NCBI GenBank assembly: GCA_003427395.1
Contig: BFEA01000035.1
Span: 3,078,330 to 3,142,329, forward strand
Direction of reading: 5' to 3'
DNA: 64,000 nt
Source: Chara braunii
Taxonomy: Eukaryota > Plantae > Charophyceae
Shown: one piece after another, positions 1 to 12,681 of the stretch
How positions within the stretch are numbered: the first letter of the stretch is position 1
Layout: every line of letters starts with the position of its first letter
Notes under the pieces: model-generated
The model's input: only the letters and a program-made list of their open reading frames with translations
Told to the model about the DNA's origin: nothing
Databases searched by the model: none
Made by a program: the position numbers and the translations under genes

Positions 1-233
1 GTCTAACCCCCATCTCCTTCGTCTGTGTATGGTTGGGGCTGGCGCAGTCTTCCTGTGTGAAGCGCCAGACCCCTTCACACCATGGAATGATGATGATGAT
101 GTATGTTTGGGGCTGCATTGCAATATTGATTGTTCAGATCATTGGTATCTAAGTCTTCCGCTGTGCTATCTTATACTTTGTATTGAAAGGTCGGTTCTTG
201 TTCTGGTCTGCACCTATACGGTATGCAACACCA

Positions 234-432
234 TATCAATCAATCAATCAATGAATCAAGATAGGCCAGATCAATCAGTCAATCAAGATAGGCCAAATGA
301 ATGAATGAATGAATGAATCAATCAATCAATCAATCAAGCAATCAATCAGCCAATCGATCTACCAATCAATCAAGATCGACCGATAGATTGATTGGCTGAT
401 TGGTTGGTTGGTTGATTGATTGATTGATTGAG
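234..432. repeat. TCAA/TGAA tetranucleotide arrays followed by a complementary TTGA array (imperfect palindrome)
   Basis: (ATCA)n at 317-372 is mirrored by (TTGA/TTGG)n at 386-431. Confidence 0.85.
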
Positions 433-1195
433 AAAATAAAAGAGAGGGAAGCGAAACAAAAGAAAAATGAAAGAAATCAACAAGAGTGGGCGCTTACACA
501 TGGGATGAACACCCTGTATAGCTGAAATCAGCCTAAAACTTCCTTTTTTAGGCTGATTTCAGGAACTTCGTTTTTCAGTCTGATTTCAGGTATTTGGGGT
601 GTGTGGACACTAACAAACACCCTGCCGCCCCCCCTCCCCACACAAAAAAAGGTGCGGCACCCCAAGTTAAAGTACCGTACGACTTCAAATATGGACGGCT
701 GTATGTGTATCGGGGGGCTGTACGAGAAACAACGCAGCTGCGTTTAAGAAAGTGAAGTTGTGTTAGCCCTTTTCATGTATTCCCAGAAATCATAACCTTT
801 TTATGTTAAGGTGCTTCCAGCAGCACTGTCATTCTAACAGGCCCTAGGAAACTCTTGAATCACAACACACCCTCATTTTGGCTGTACCTCACCGGAAATA
901 TAGCTTGTATGCATTCATTATCAGGGTGCATTATGTTCGGGGGAACACAGTATCAGCCTCCAGGGAAGCTTAGGAACCCCAGGAGAACCTCATCGGCCTG
1001 GTGCCAGCGAGTAGAGAACTGCACTCAGGTTGACCCTCAGTTTTCTTCCCCATGTTCACTGTGCTTGTTTGATTTGAAGACCATGAGGATGGCACTTGCG
1101 CTGATTCTCAATCTCGCATGCAGTGTGAATGGAGCTTGACTAGCCTGTCTGAGAAAAGAGTGGTTGCCGTGTTGGATGGCTATGTTTGCGTGCAG

Positions 1196-1547
1196 TGGGA
1201 TGCGGGCCAGCAGCTTGATGCTTTGGCACTCCAGCTTCTGTGTTTAGCCATTTGGAGAGAAGCTCTATCTGTCTGCCATAAGTGGGCTGCTTCAACCAGT
1301 GATGGAGAAAACTTTCCTTTCTTGTGTGATGGGTGCTACTTCAGCGGGGGTAGTGCTGCCATGAGCACAAGTCCTGCTAGCCACAACTCACGGTCAGTAC
1401 ATCAGGGTGGTGGAGGCCAAATGTGCAGTGGTGATGACGAGTCTGTCGGATCTGCAGTGGTCGCAGCAGCCTGTTCGGCAGTTGAGAAAGATTTCCTTGC
1501 AGCAGTTGAAAAAGCCGAGGAATTTGCGCAGCACCTTGAAGTCGATG
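1196..1547 (+). CDS. ATG1: ATG1 autophagy kinase, C-terminal (MIT/EAT) region, first recognisable exon in the window; upstream exons not identified
   Basis: WDAGQQLDALALQLLCLAIWREALSVCHKWAAS...CSAVEKDFLAAVEKAEEFAQHL resembles plant ATG1 'LEAFSIQLVILAIWKQALHICH...IEREFL.EV..AEELA'. Acceptor tgcAG ends 1195; donor G|GTAAGT at 1548 (phase 1). Confidence 0.9.
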
Positions 1548-2144
1548 GTAAGTTCCTTATGGCCAAATTCCAAATTGTGCACAACTAGAACTAGTGATCA
1601 CAGGTTAGGAGTTTTCTTCAATGGTGAAGCGCATTTACTGGAATATACGAAGGAAGAAGAAATTCCCTGCAGAGTTGCCGTCGAGTACTGTTACTGAGCA
1701 CGCTCAGCAGCTCTGTGTACATGCCAGTGCTTATGCCTGTATATGTTGGACTTCTGTGGGATCCTCGTTGGGCTGCATCCTCTAATTACCTTGTAAGTTC
1801 ATAAACATTACTCGAATGAAATGAATACTACCGGTCGAGGCACAAATCAAGTGGCACAGACTCCCCACCCAGTCTGTTGTGACATATAAATGAGTCCCGT
1901 TGCTGTCCATAGAGTAAATCAAGCAAGTTGCCTTGGTTTCATCCCTACGGCTGCTTTTTCTGCCTTGAGTACATTACAGAAGATTGCTTTGGTTTTGAGA
2001 GATTGGTCATCAAAAGCTCCGTAAACAAAAAAAACTCGAGAAAAAAAGAATTCATAATGGGTCAACTCCACTACAGCAGTTTGCGGCTATTATTATTACA
2101 TAATAACCTGTTCGAAGTTCTATCAGCGTGTTCCCATTCTCTAA

Positions 2145-3448
2145 TGTGTCCCGCACTTCCATAATCCATCTTGATACCTCAGTGCATTCAACCTTCAAAA
2201 ATAGAACAGGTGCAATGAACCCAGATCGTGAAGACAGTCGTCGACAATGCAAGTCGGGATGAATGTCAACCAGCTGATGATTACCAATAGTCAAAGTTGT
2301 ATCCAGACAGAATGAGATGAGATAATCATACACAGACGAAGAGAGAGGAGGGAGATTAGACAAAGGAGAGGAAATGAATACAAGGCCCACTCCTGCTTCG
2401 GGCTCCCTCCTCTATCACCACCTCAATAATCAATAGTCTGAACGAGTATCTGAAATAACCTCAATGTGCCACGCGGCACGTCTAATCAGTCCCTCATCAG
2501 CGCTGGAGAAATGTCGACAGGAAGACCATCAGGTACGTATCCACGATCTCTCCACAGTCCCGATCTCCTCCCGAATGACGATTATCAGAACAGCAATACA
2601 AGTCCCGTAGCCTCGCCTCGTCAGCCACAGTAGAACAGTGGCAGCAGCCACGTCATCCAATAATACACGTGGCAGCGGCCACATCAGCGACAGCGCATGG
2701 CAGCTGCCACGTCAGCATGCCAAGAAGACAGGTGCAAGCCAGCCACCATGCCGGACCAGCAGCACCTCGCCGAATCACAAATGCCAGCGTCGCAGCGTCA
2801 AGCCAGCGTCGCAGCGTCAAGCCAGCGTTGAAGTCAACGCGTGAAAACAGCATCAACGCAAGACAGAATGAATGTCAAAGCCAGGAAAGTCAGCGCTTAT
2901 GTAGCGTTGACTCGGGGTCTGGACCCCGGATGCTACCACCATCAGCCGTCCAGACCTTGATGCAAGTAAGGCCCGGATTGGTCTGAAACCGATTTCCCTC
3001 CGGCCCGGATGCTTGTCTGGGTATCTGCGCACAACAAGTGAGTGTATCCAACCAAGGGCCTGGGTGCGGTACCTTTGACTCTACAGTTGACTTTGACCTT
3101 TGAATTTCCTGTGTGCAGCGTTTGATCACACAGCCGACGTGACAGACTCAGGCCAGGGCGTGTCTTGGTCACACAGCCCAGCGCAGACCAACTCAGGTCT
3201 GCGTTGCCTGGGGCTGAGTTCTGGGGCCCAGGCTACTTCTGAACAGGGTTACTGCATTCCTGCCGGGCCATTTTCGAGGTCCACCGCAGAAATATTTAAG
3301 ACTTTAACCCTCGTTCATAAGCAGCGACAATATCAGGAGCAGTTTCAATTAGTTCTCGTTTACTAAACCATCTGTCCTCAGATGGTGCCTGAGACTTAAA
3401 ACGTACCTTGAACTGCTTCTGATGTCGTCCACGTCCTCCCGTAGAGAA
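2145..3448 (-). mobile_element. 3' remnant of a Ty3/gypsy chromovirus (chromodomain plus probable 3' LTR), antisense within the ATG1 intron
   Basis: Minus strand 3448-3296 reads FSTGGRGRHQKQFKVRFKSQAPSEDRWFSKRELIETAPDIVAAYERGLKS* (chromodomain pattern). The downstream non-coding segment ends ...GCGGGACACA at 2145, resembling the ...CCGGCACA LTR end at 19431. LTR limits are uncertain. Confidence 0.65.
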
Positions 3449-3457
3449 TTAACCATG

Positions 3458-6230
3458 CTCTTCTTCTTCTTCTTCTTCTTCTTCTTCGGCTTCTTCTTCT
3501 TCGGCTTCTTCTTCTTCTTCTTCTTCTTCTTCTTCTTCTTCTTCGGCGGCGGCGGCTTCTTCTTCTTCTTCTTCTTCGGCTTCTTCTTCGACTTCTTCTT
3601 CTTCTTCGACTTCTTCTTCTTCGGCTTCTTCTTCGACGTCTTTGACTTCTTCTTCTTCTTCGGCGGCTTCTTCGGCTTCTTCTTCTTTTTCGGCTTCTTC
3701 TTCTTCTGCTTCTTCTTCTTCTTCTTCTTCTTCTTCTTCTTCTTCTTCTTCATCTTCTTCTTCGTCATCGTCGTCGTCGTCGTCGTCGGCTGCTTCTTCG
3801 TCGACTTCTTCTTCGTCGGTTTTTCTTCTTCTTCTTCTTCGGCTTCTTCTTCGTCGGTTTCTTCTTCTTCTTCTTCTTTGCCGGCGTTGGCTTCTTCGTC
3901 GGCTTCTTCTTCTTCGTCGGCTTCTTCTTCTTCGCCGGCTTCGGCGTCTTCGGCGGAGGCATCCACTCGTCGGTGTCGGCGCCGGCGGCGGCTTCTTCGG
4001 CTTCGTCGGCGGCGGCGTCAACTTCGGCGGTGTCGGCGTCTTCGTCGGTGTCGTCGGCTTCGTCGTCGGTGGGTTCTTCGTCGTCGTCGGCGGCTTCTTC
4101 GACGTCGTCGTCGGCTTCTTCGTCGGCGTCATCGTCGGCTTCTTTGTCGGCGGCTTCGGCTTCTTCACCGACGTCGTCGGCGTCCGCGTCGGCGTCGTCA
4201 GCATCTTCGGCGGCGGCGTCGGCGCCGTCATCGTCGGCGGCGGCTTCTTCGTCGTCGGTGGCGGCGTCGTGTGCATCGTCATCGTCGTGTGCGTCGTCAT
4301 CGTCGTTGGCGTTGTCGCCATCCACGTCGTCGTCTGCGTCTTCTTCGTTGGCGTCCACGTCGGCGGCGGCGTCGTGTGGGTCGTCATCGTCGTCGTCGTT
4401 GCCGCGGTCCGCGTCGTCGTCCGCTTCTACTTCGTCGTCATCCACTTCTTCGTCGTCGACCGGCGGCGTCGGCTTCTTCGCCGGCGTCGTCGGCGTCAGC
4501 GTCGTCAGCGTTGTCAGCGTCGGCGTCGGCGTCGACGTCAGCGGCGCTGTCGTCGGCGGCGGCGTCGTTTGCGTCGGCGGCGGCGGCGTCGTGTGTGTCG
4601 TCATCATCGTCGTCGTTGTTGCCGTCCGCGTCGTCGTCCCCGTCTTCTTCGTCGCCGTCGTTGGCGTCCACCTTGTCGTCGGCGTCGTGTGCGTCGTTAT
4701 CGTCGTCGCTGCCGTCCACATCGTCGTCCGCGTCGTCATCGTCGTCGTCATCCGCTTCTTCTTCTTCGGCGTCCACTTCTTTGTCGTCGTCCGCTTCTTC
4801 GTCGTCGTCCGCTTCGTCGTCGTCCGCTTCGCCATCGTCCGCTTCGCCATCGTCCGCTTCGTCGTCGTCCGCTTCGTCGTCGTCCGCTTCGTCGTCGTCC
4901 GCTTCGTCGTCGTTGGCTTCCTCTTCCTCCTCGTCGACGTTGGCTTCCTCTTCCTCCTCGTCGACGTTGGCTTCCTCTTCTTCTTCCTCGTCGCCGTTGG
5001 CTTTCTCTTCGTCTTCGCCGGCTTCCTCTTCCTCGTCGTTGTCGGCTTCCTCTTCCTCTTCCTTGTCGTCGTCGGCGGCTTCCTCTTCTTCTTCGTCGTC
5101 GCCGTCCTCTTCTTCATTGCCGTTCCTCCTCTTCCCCGTCGTCCTCGTCGTCGTCCGCTTCTTTGTCCTCCGCTTGTTCATCGTCCACTTCTTCGTCGTC
5201 CGCTTCTTCTTCTTCTTCGTTGTCCGCTTCTTAGTCGTCGTCGGCGGCCCTCTTCCTCTTCCTCGTCATCGTCGCCTTCCTCTTCCTCCTCCTCGTCATC
5301 GTCGTCTTCCTCTTCCTCGTTGTCCCTCCTCCTCTTCCTCGTCCTCGTTTTTGTCGTCCTCGTCGTCCTCGTCGTCCTCGTCGTCCTCGTCGTCCTCGTT
5401 ATCCTCGCCGTCCTCGGCGTCCTCGGCGTCCTCCTCGTTGTCGTCATCCTCGTCGTCGTCGTCCTCGTCGTCGTCGTCCTCGTCGTCGTCGTCCGCTTCT
5501 TCGTCGTCGGCTTCTTCTTCTTTGTTGGCCGCTTCTTCTTCGTCGTCCGCTTCTTCTTCTTCGTCGGCTTCCTCTTCCTCTTCCTTCTCGTCGCCGTCGT
5601 CGTCTTCTTCGTCTTCTTCCTCTTCGTCGTCATCTTCCTCTTCCTCGTCGTCCCTCCTCCTCTTCCTCATCCTTGTCCTCGTTGTCATCGTCCTCCTCCT
5701 CATCCTCACCGTCCTCGTCGTCGTCCTCGTCGTCGTCGTCGTCGTCTTCCTTGTCGTCGTCTTCCTCCTCGTCGTCGTCGTCGTCGTCTTCCTCTTCCTC
5801 CTCGTCGTCGTCGTCGTCCTCCTCCTCTTCCTCCTCGTCCTCGTCGTCGTCGTCGTCATCGTCGTCTTCCTCTTCCTTTTCTTCCCTCCTCCTCCTCTTC
5901 TTCTTCCTCTTCCTCGTCGTCGTCGTCGTCTTCTTCTTCTTCGTCGTCGTCATCGTCGTCTTCCTCTTCCTTTTCTTCCCTCCTCCTCCTCCTCTTCTTC
6001 TTCCTCTTCCTCATCGTCGTCGTCGTCTTTCTCTTCGTCGTCGTCGTCGTGTCCTCTTCCTCTTCTTCTTCGTCGTCGTCCTCTTCCTCTTCGTTGTCGT
6101 CGTCGTCGTCGTCGTCGTCGTCGTCTTCCTCGTCGTCTTCCTCGTCGTCATCGTCTTCCTCTTCTTCCCTCCTCCTCGTCCTCATCTTCCTCTTCCTGCT
6201 CTTCCTCTTCCTCTTCCTCTTCCTTCTTTT
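3458..6230. repeat. Compound pyrimidine-rich trinucleotide repeat (TTC/TCG/GGC/TCC)
   Basis: Directly visible; it generates the low-complexity poly-S/F/R/E/D ORFs. Confidence 0.97.
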
Positions 6231-6239
6231 CTGGTGGTG

Positions 6240-7764
6240 GTTGGGGGGGGGTGTCCGGTTCGGGGGGAGGGGGAGGTTGGATGGGTTATTGTCGAGGAAG
6301 GAGAAAGTGAAGACAAATCCGATGAAGACTATGGCTGCCTATGGGACAGATGGAGGCAGAAGAAGGAACTAAAACGAAGTCCATGGATGCCTTCAAGAAG
6401 AACTAGGAAAAAAAAGGGGGGGAGGAGGAGGAGGAGGAGGACGGAGGAAGAGGACGGGAAGAAGGAAGAGGAGGAGGAGGGAGGAGGAGGAGGAGAAAAA
6501 AAAGGAACAGGAGGAGGGAGGAGGAGGAGAAGAAAAAGGAAGGAGGAGCAGAGGAAAAAGGAAGAGGAGGAGGAGGCGGGAGGAGGAGGAAGAGGAAGAG
6601 GGGGAGGTTGGATGGGTTATTGTCGAGGAAGGAGGAAGAGGAAGAGGGGGAGGTTGGGGGGGGGGGTCCGGTTCGGGGGGAGGGGGAGGTTGGATGGGTT
6701 ATTGTCGAGGAAGGAGAAGGTGAAGACAAATCTGATGAAGACTATGGCTGCCTATGGGACAGATGGGGGCAGAAGAAGGAACTAAAACGAAGTCCATGGC
6801 TGCCTTCAAGAAGAACTAGGAAAAAAAAAGGGGGCGGATGAGGAGGAGGAGGACGGACGAAGAGGACGGGAAGAAGGAAGAGGAGGAGGAGGGAGGAGGA
6901 GGAGGAGAAGAAAAAGGAAGAGGAGGAGGAGCAGAGGAAGAAGGAAGAGGAGGAGGGAGGAGGAGGAAGAGGAAGAGGAGGGGGAAGAAGAAGAAAAAGA
7001 ATAAGGAAGAGGAGGAAGAAAGAGGAGGAGGAGGAGGAAGAAAGAGGAGGGAGGAAGAGGAAGAAGAAGAAGAAGAAGGAAGAGGAGGAGGAGGGAGGAA
7101 GAGGAAGAAGAAGAAGAAGAAGAAGAAGAAGAAGAAGAAGAAGGAAGACGAGGGAGGAAGAGGAAGAAAAGGAGAAGAAGGAAGAGTAGTAGTTCAAGCA
7201 AGCTAACTTAGGCAGGGGTGAGGGGCGGCACATATTTCCCTAGGGATTTAATCAATGGCGTCCACTCGGGCCTCTCAAACCATAATGCCGTCCACGCGAG
7301 CCTCTCAAACCATAATGGGGAGGAGTGTGCATGTCCTTAAGGTCTTCATTATTGACTTGCCGAGGAAGAGCAACCGGAGGAAGAAAGAGGAGGAGGAGGA
7401 AGAAAGAGGCGGAGGGAGGAAGAGGAAGAAGAAGAAGAAGAAGGAAGAGGAGGAGGGAGGAAGAGGAAGAAGAAGAAGAAGAAGAAGAAGAAGAAGAAGA
7501 AGAAGAAGAAGAAGAAGAAGGAAGAGGAGGAGGAGGGAGGAAGAGGAAGAAGAAGAAGGAGAAGAAGGAAGAGTAGTAGTTCAAGCAAGCTAACTTAGGC
7601 AGGGGTGAGGGGCGGCACATCTTTCCCTAGGGAAGTAATCAGTGCCGTCCCTCGGGCCTCTCAAACCATAATGCCGTCCACTCGAGCCTCTCAAACCATA
7701 ATGGGGAGGAGTGTGCGTGTCCTTAAGGTCTTCATTATTGACTTGCTGGGGAAGAGCAACCGGA
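6240..7764. repeat. Purine-rich GAG/GAA repeat containing two duplicated unique cassettes (6240-6420 ~ 6653-6834; 7171-7378 ~ 7558-7764)
   Basis: Near-identical copies, e.g. 'gatgaagactatggctgcctatgggacagatgg' twice and 'gtagtagttcaagcaagctaac...gaagagcaaccgga' twice. Confidence 0.92.
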
Positions 7765-8342
7765 CTGTCATTCACCAGAATGGTAGGAGCCAGAACCGAG
7801 AGGTTCTGTTTTTTTTTTTTTTTTTTTTTTTTTTCGAGGACAGGTGTCGGACGGGTTTCATGTTCTCACTGCCAGATGTCAAGAACGATGGCGGTGCTCT
7901 GACAACTATATGCAAGAGCTAACGTCTTCACCCGGTAGAACGCCAGGTCATTATTGCTGTACCTAGACTGGAAGTTGCCCCAAATACAGCCAGAATGACC
8001 GGGTGTTGTAGTATTCGGGTGAAGGCGGTAGACCGGGTGCAAATTGAAAGAGACTGTTAACATGGAAGGTCATATGCCACATACAAACTCTTGATGGGGA
8101 GTTGTTGAAGAGTTAGAGTGACCATAGCTGGACATGAAGATTGTCAAAAGTCAGTCAAGCACTTGTCTTGCTCAAAGTGGGAGATAAGAGATATGCCTGT
8201 CCCAGCTTGTTGTAATTGCGCCGTCTTGGTGTCTCCTTGAGCATGCGTGGTGATGACGAGTGTGTTATGCATTTGAGAACTCCCTTGTTAGCCTCTAACA
8301 GATTTATAAATGTCCCTGATACTTGGATTCTCTTTTGTGTAG

Positions 8343-8413
8343 GGGATACAGAGATGCCTGATGCAATAGAGCTGGTGTTCCAGTCAGCACTTGCTATCGG
8401 AAGGGCTGGTGCG
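8343..8413 (+). CDS. ATG1: ATG1 penultimate coding exon
   Basis: Acceptor tgtgtAG ends 8342. The phase-1 join gives G-DTEMPDAIELVFQSALAIGRAGA (plant ATG1 'EMPDAMEIIFQSALALGR.G'). Donor GTATGT at 8414. Confidence 0.92.
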
Positions 8414-8798
8414 GTATGTATGAAACTTGTGATCTGTGCATCGGCTGACATGAATCTGGTCTTGTGTGCCTGGACTGCAGCATTCAAACAGGGTCACATT
8501 CACACTCTGGTACAGACACCACCTCTCGCTGCATTTCGGAAGTCCAACCTACAACCATACAATGGAACCTGTGGACATCCTCAATCACCATGCTCTTTCG
8601 AACCAACTGTTATGATCCTACCCACCTTCGTAATGCCGAAAAGTGAAAATGCAAGACTTGCTGAAACTCGAGACAAGAAGTGGAGAGAGAGAGAGAGAGG
8701 AAAGAGCGGAAGAAGAAGAATAACACTGGTGTGAATAAACGTCTTCTCCCAGAATCTCCCTCACTTCTTCCTTCTCTCGTCTTTTTCTCTCTTACTCA

Positions 8799-8830
<32 letters not shown>

Positions 8831-9498
8831 GAGCGGAAGAAGAAGAATTACACTAGTGTGAATCAATGTTTCTCCCTCACTTCTTCCTTCTCTCATCTTT
8901 TTCTCTCTTTTCACCTCCACTTGTAATCAATTAAATACAACTGAATGAATGAACAGGAACCATGTCCAAATAATCCCCTTATTGCCAGGACTCAAGCAGC
9001 CCTCCTTTCGGCCATAACCTTACTTTGTGGATGTTGAAAGTGCAATACCTCTACTATCCTCTCCCATCTCTTTGCACCATAGCCATATTCTGGAACCTGG
9101 ACAGCGGTTCGTCTGGATGCAGAACCAACCAAGGAAGGGAAGATGAAGGTTAACACTAGCCATAGGCGAATCTCTCATGTCGGTTCCTCTCTCACTGCCC
9201 TTGCTCAACCTCTTCACCCCTCTCTCACCCTTCTCCATAGCCTGGATGGGGCTTTTTTGGTTGGGGATCATGCGAATCGTTTGTCCTCCGTGTTCTTTCT
9301 TTGCGTCTGAGATCATCCCAATGATCTTTTTACAGTTGAACTTCTGACTGGTGTTGCCGAGGAGCAGGGTGCCAATCGGCCTAAGATGATCACTTCAAAT
9401 TTTTTGTCATGTATCAGTGATTCACAAATTGTACTATTTTTGCATTGTAACATCAGTTTTTGCGTATGTTGTTCCCCACTGCGTTTATCCCATGGCAG

Positions 9499-9756
9499 GT
9501 GGAAGAGCTGATGGGCTTTGTGAGTAATGCGGCCGTTGCCTACGCAAAAGCAGCTGCTCTTTTCTACTTTATCCTTGTAGAGGCTCCGGCGCTGTCGCTA
9601 AATCCACCTCTTGTACTTACTAAAATGGACAGGCAACGCCTGCGCCGGTATTCCGAAGCAGTGAACATGCGGCAGAGTCTATGTAGCTCTGAAAGACTTG
9701 GGCAACAGCGATCGCAGAGAGGATTCAGTGCCATGTGGGCACATGTGCAGCTGTGA
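9499..9756 (+). CDS. ATG1: ATG1 last coding exon
   Basis: Acceptor ggcAG ends 9498. VEELMG...AYAKAAALFYFILVEAPALSLNPPLVLTKMDRQRLRRY matches the ATG1 end 'YSKA..LL.FL.VEAPSL.LNPP.SLT.SDR.RLR.Y'. Stop TGA at 9754-9756. Confidence 0.92.
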   Translation: MEELMGFVSNAAVAYAKAAALFYFILVEAPALSLNPPLVLTKMDRQRLRRYSEAVNMRQSLCSSERLGQQRSQRGFSAMWAHVQL

Positions 9757-12681
9757 GTGGACATAGGGCCAGGGCACGGGGAAAAAAGGCCTGATGGTTG
9801 GTTTATGCCTGCAGTCTTCTCAACTTTCTTGTGCACTGATATATAAGCGCTTGGAGGATTGACAATTGCAGGAGGTATATCTGTGGGCTCAGGTTTACTG
9901 TGGCTTTCCATCTTGAGGGAGGCATAGAACATGCGCAGTCTCAGAAAGACTCGAACGAAAAGAAACCTGGGTAACATAATGGATATATCGTGTCGCAAGG
10001 GCATTGTACATACTTTTCACGCTTCCTTTCGGACACTTCATGGTAAATCAGGGATGTATTTTTTTCCAGCACACAGGGAGGACGACTGAACGAGGAGTGG
10101 TTCAAGGTCCTTAATACTACGACTCCATGTACGGGCTTCCTTCTGTTTGCGTTCCGCAGGATAATTTGCGTTGTGTCATGCACCACAAGCTTTAACTAGC
10201 AGTCGATCTAGATCGTTCCCCGATGTTCGAGGTGCTAGTCAGCTATTGATGTCAGATGCTGCGGCAGAGTGCGCAGTTGGTGGTTGTAGAGAGTGGCCGC
10301 CGATGCTGTAGTCACTGCAAGGCTTAGAGGTCCAGGGCTGCTCTGTGCAGCTGGTGCCTCTATGTGGTGTGGAGCATGGGCGAATACTGCCCAAGTCGAG
10401 ACGCTACCAGGCAATTGAATGTCAATGAGCATCGCACAGCCTCTCATCATAGGTGTCACAAATGTGAAGCCACAATGTAAAAAGTGAGGCTTATGCGTGC
10501 TGTGACTTCGTGTGAATGCCAGTGTTCTAAGCGAGGGTGCAGCAAAGTGGCTAGTACCTGCCGGCAATGCCGCAAGTGTGTGTCTCTAATGCATGTTGTT
10601 CAAGTGGGGTGCTAGATTGATTGACAGTGCTTCAAGGATTACCACGAGAATAAAGAAAGCTCGCATGTCCTCAACTTGACTGCTATAAGCGCAGGTGAAA
10701 GGCAATAGAATAACGTCGCTTCTTCAAGCAGTACCATGGACATGATAAGGGCTTGCATGTCCTCGACCAACGCACTCTTAAGGGCTTGCATGTCCTCGAC
10801 CAACGCACTCTTAAGGGTAGTTGAATTGCAATACAGTGACTCTTCCATTACTGGAAAAGCATTGTGATCCAGTACGGCTCGGCGTTCAAAACTCGGTGGA
10901 CGCTTTGCAATCGGCACAAGTGAGGCACATGCAGTCTCAGAAGAAGCTTGGCAGGAACATGCATTTTCAGAAAAAACGTGGCAACCTAGAGGATCATCTT
11001 CATAACTCTGACGTGCACGGCACTGTATTGTATCAAGCAGGAGAAGAGCGCATCTTCGTTAATAACCCCTCTTGGCGCAAGACCAGTAGTAGTGAAGATT
11101 CTTGGTTCTGTGGGAGCTGATGGTGGCGCAATAAGGTAGGCAGGTCGCTGTCAGCTGTATTTGGAAGCATACGAGGACCTCTTGTGCACTGGGTGTGATG
11201 AAGAGCGGCCATGGCACTCTGGCAGGAGTCTGATGGGGCAGTTGACGGCATTCCCTCATTAAGTTCCAATTGCAATTTTGTTGGGACTCCTGTCTCTCTG
11301 TTGTGAAGCATTGGGACAGTCATCCAACCGAACTGCCGGCACTTCCATGCACCAATTTATCGACATGAAGGAAGAATGGCAGTAGCAGGGAAGAGCAATT
11401 GTTTGCGGGGGAAAAAAAACTTTAGCGGTGGACGAGAAGCAAGGCCGTCAACTGATGATCAGCTCAAGTTCAGGCCTTACTTATGGGACGTTAGTCAATA
11501 GCACAAACTGGACCGGTTCCTAGTGCAAAGGAGCAGCAATTGGCAGCAGCAGCCATGGGCAGCATGCGTATGGAGTAGCAAATCACCAGGACAGAGTTGC
11601 GTGCAAGCACACAGAATAGCCTGCTGCTGGATGGAGGCTGGCAGCAACGGAGGTAAAATGGACAGCATGACAGATCAGTTACAGAGTTTACAGAGCAGTC
11701 ATTGGAGGGTGACATAGCGGGCGGCAGCAGCGTATGGTGCTTTGCCCTGGATACGCCTGCTCTCTTCCCACTGGTGAGAGTGCACAGATTGAATGATGCT
11801 AGATGCATGCTGTTAAGTGTACATCATGTTTGCGGCTGCTGACCGCTTGCAGAAAACAGTCCTTGCTGCAAGACCACCTACCAGTGACTGCTGTTTGAAG
11901 TCGTCATCATTGTTATCCATGATGGGCAGCCGGCGGCACGGCATGGCATGGCTGGGGGAGTAGTGGTTCCTTGCGACAAATGCTTTCGGATCACCTGGTT
12001 GGATGTGCATACGCGGCAAACGTGGCTAGAGGAACCTTGTAGCAAGAACATCTCGGATGCAAACAGCACCGGGTAGGACATGCTGGTGAAAGGGCATATA
12101 CTTAGAGAGAGACTTGAAGGTGGAGATGAACACATCTTCTTTCACTTTGCCTATTCTAGGATCCCCTGTAACATGCTCAGGGGAGCACAAGCTGCTGAGC
12201 ATCATCGCTGAAGTGGATATCGGCAATGCAATGGGTAAGGCCATTGTGCTTGTTGCTGTGGATGCTTCAGTTGGGAGAGGGAGGAGGAGCTGGGAAGAAA
12301 ATGAAGAGGGAGAGCTCCTGTGTGTGATGGGTCTCTTACTTGCTAACATGTACATAAAACAAGATGAATAATCGATAAAAAATGCTCGGATGGACAGAAT
12401 ACCGGATATGCTGTTATCCTGAAATTAATCCACTTCTTTGCTGGAAATAGGAATTTCTAAGCATGCAGGCATGTTGTTGTATTGGTGGGGGGCGATTGGG
12501 CTGCGTGGGTGCCAGCAGCTTCTCTCCTGTAGCCTTCAATCTCAACAAGTTCACAGCACGATCGTGTGGTAACAGTTTTGCTGACACATTAGTGAAGCAG
12601 ATCAGTGTGTGTGCTGCTTTTATCCAGTTGCTCAGAGCTTCAGTTGTGTGGTAGGAAATTTGGGGGGGGGGGGGGGGGGGA

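Noticed and set aside
3349-7620. Long ORFs (up to 962 aa) on both strands
   Set aside because: By-products of stop-free triplet repeats inside an intron; open in several frames at once.
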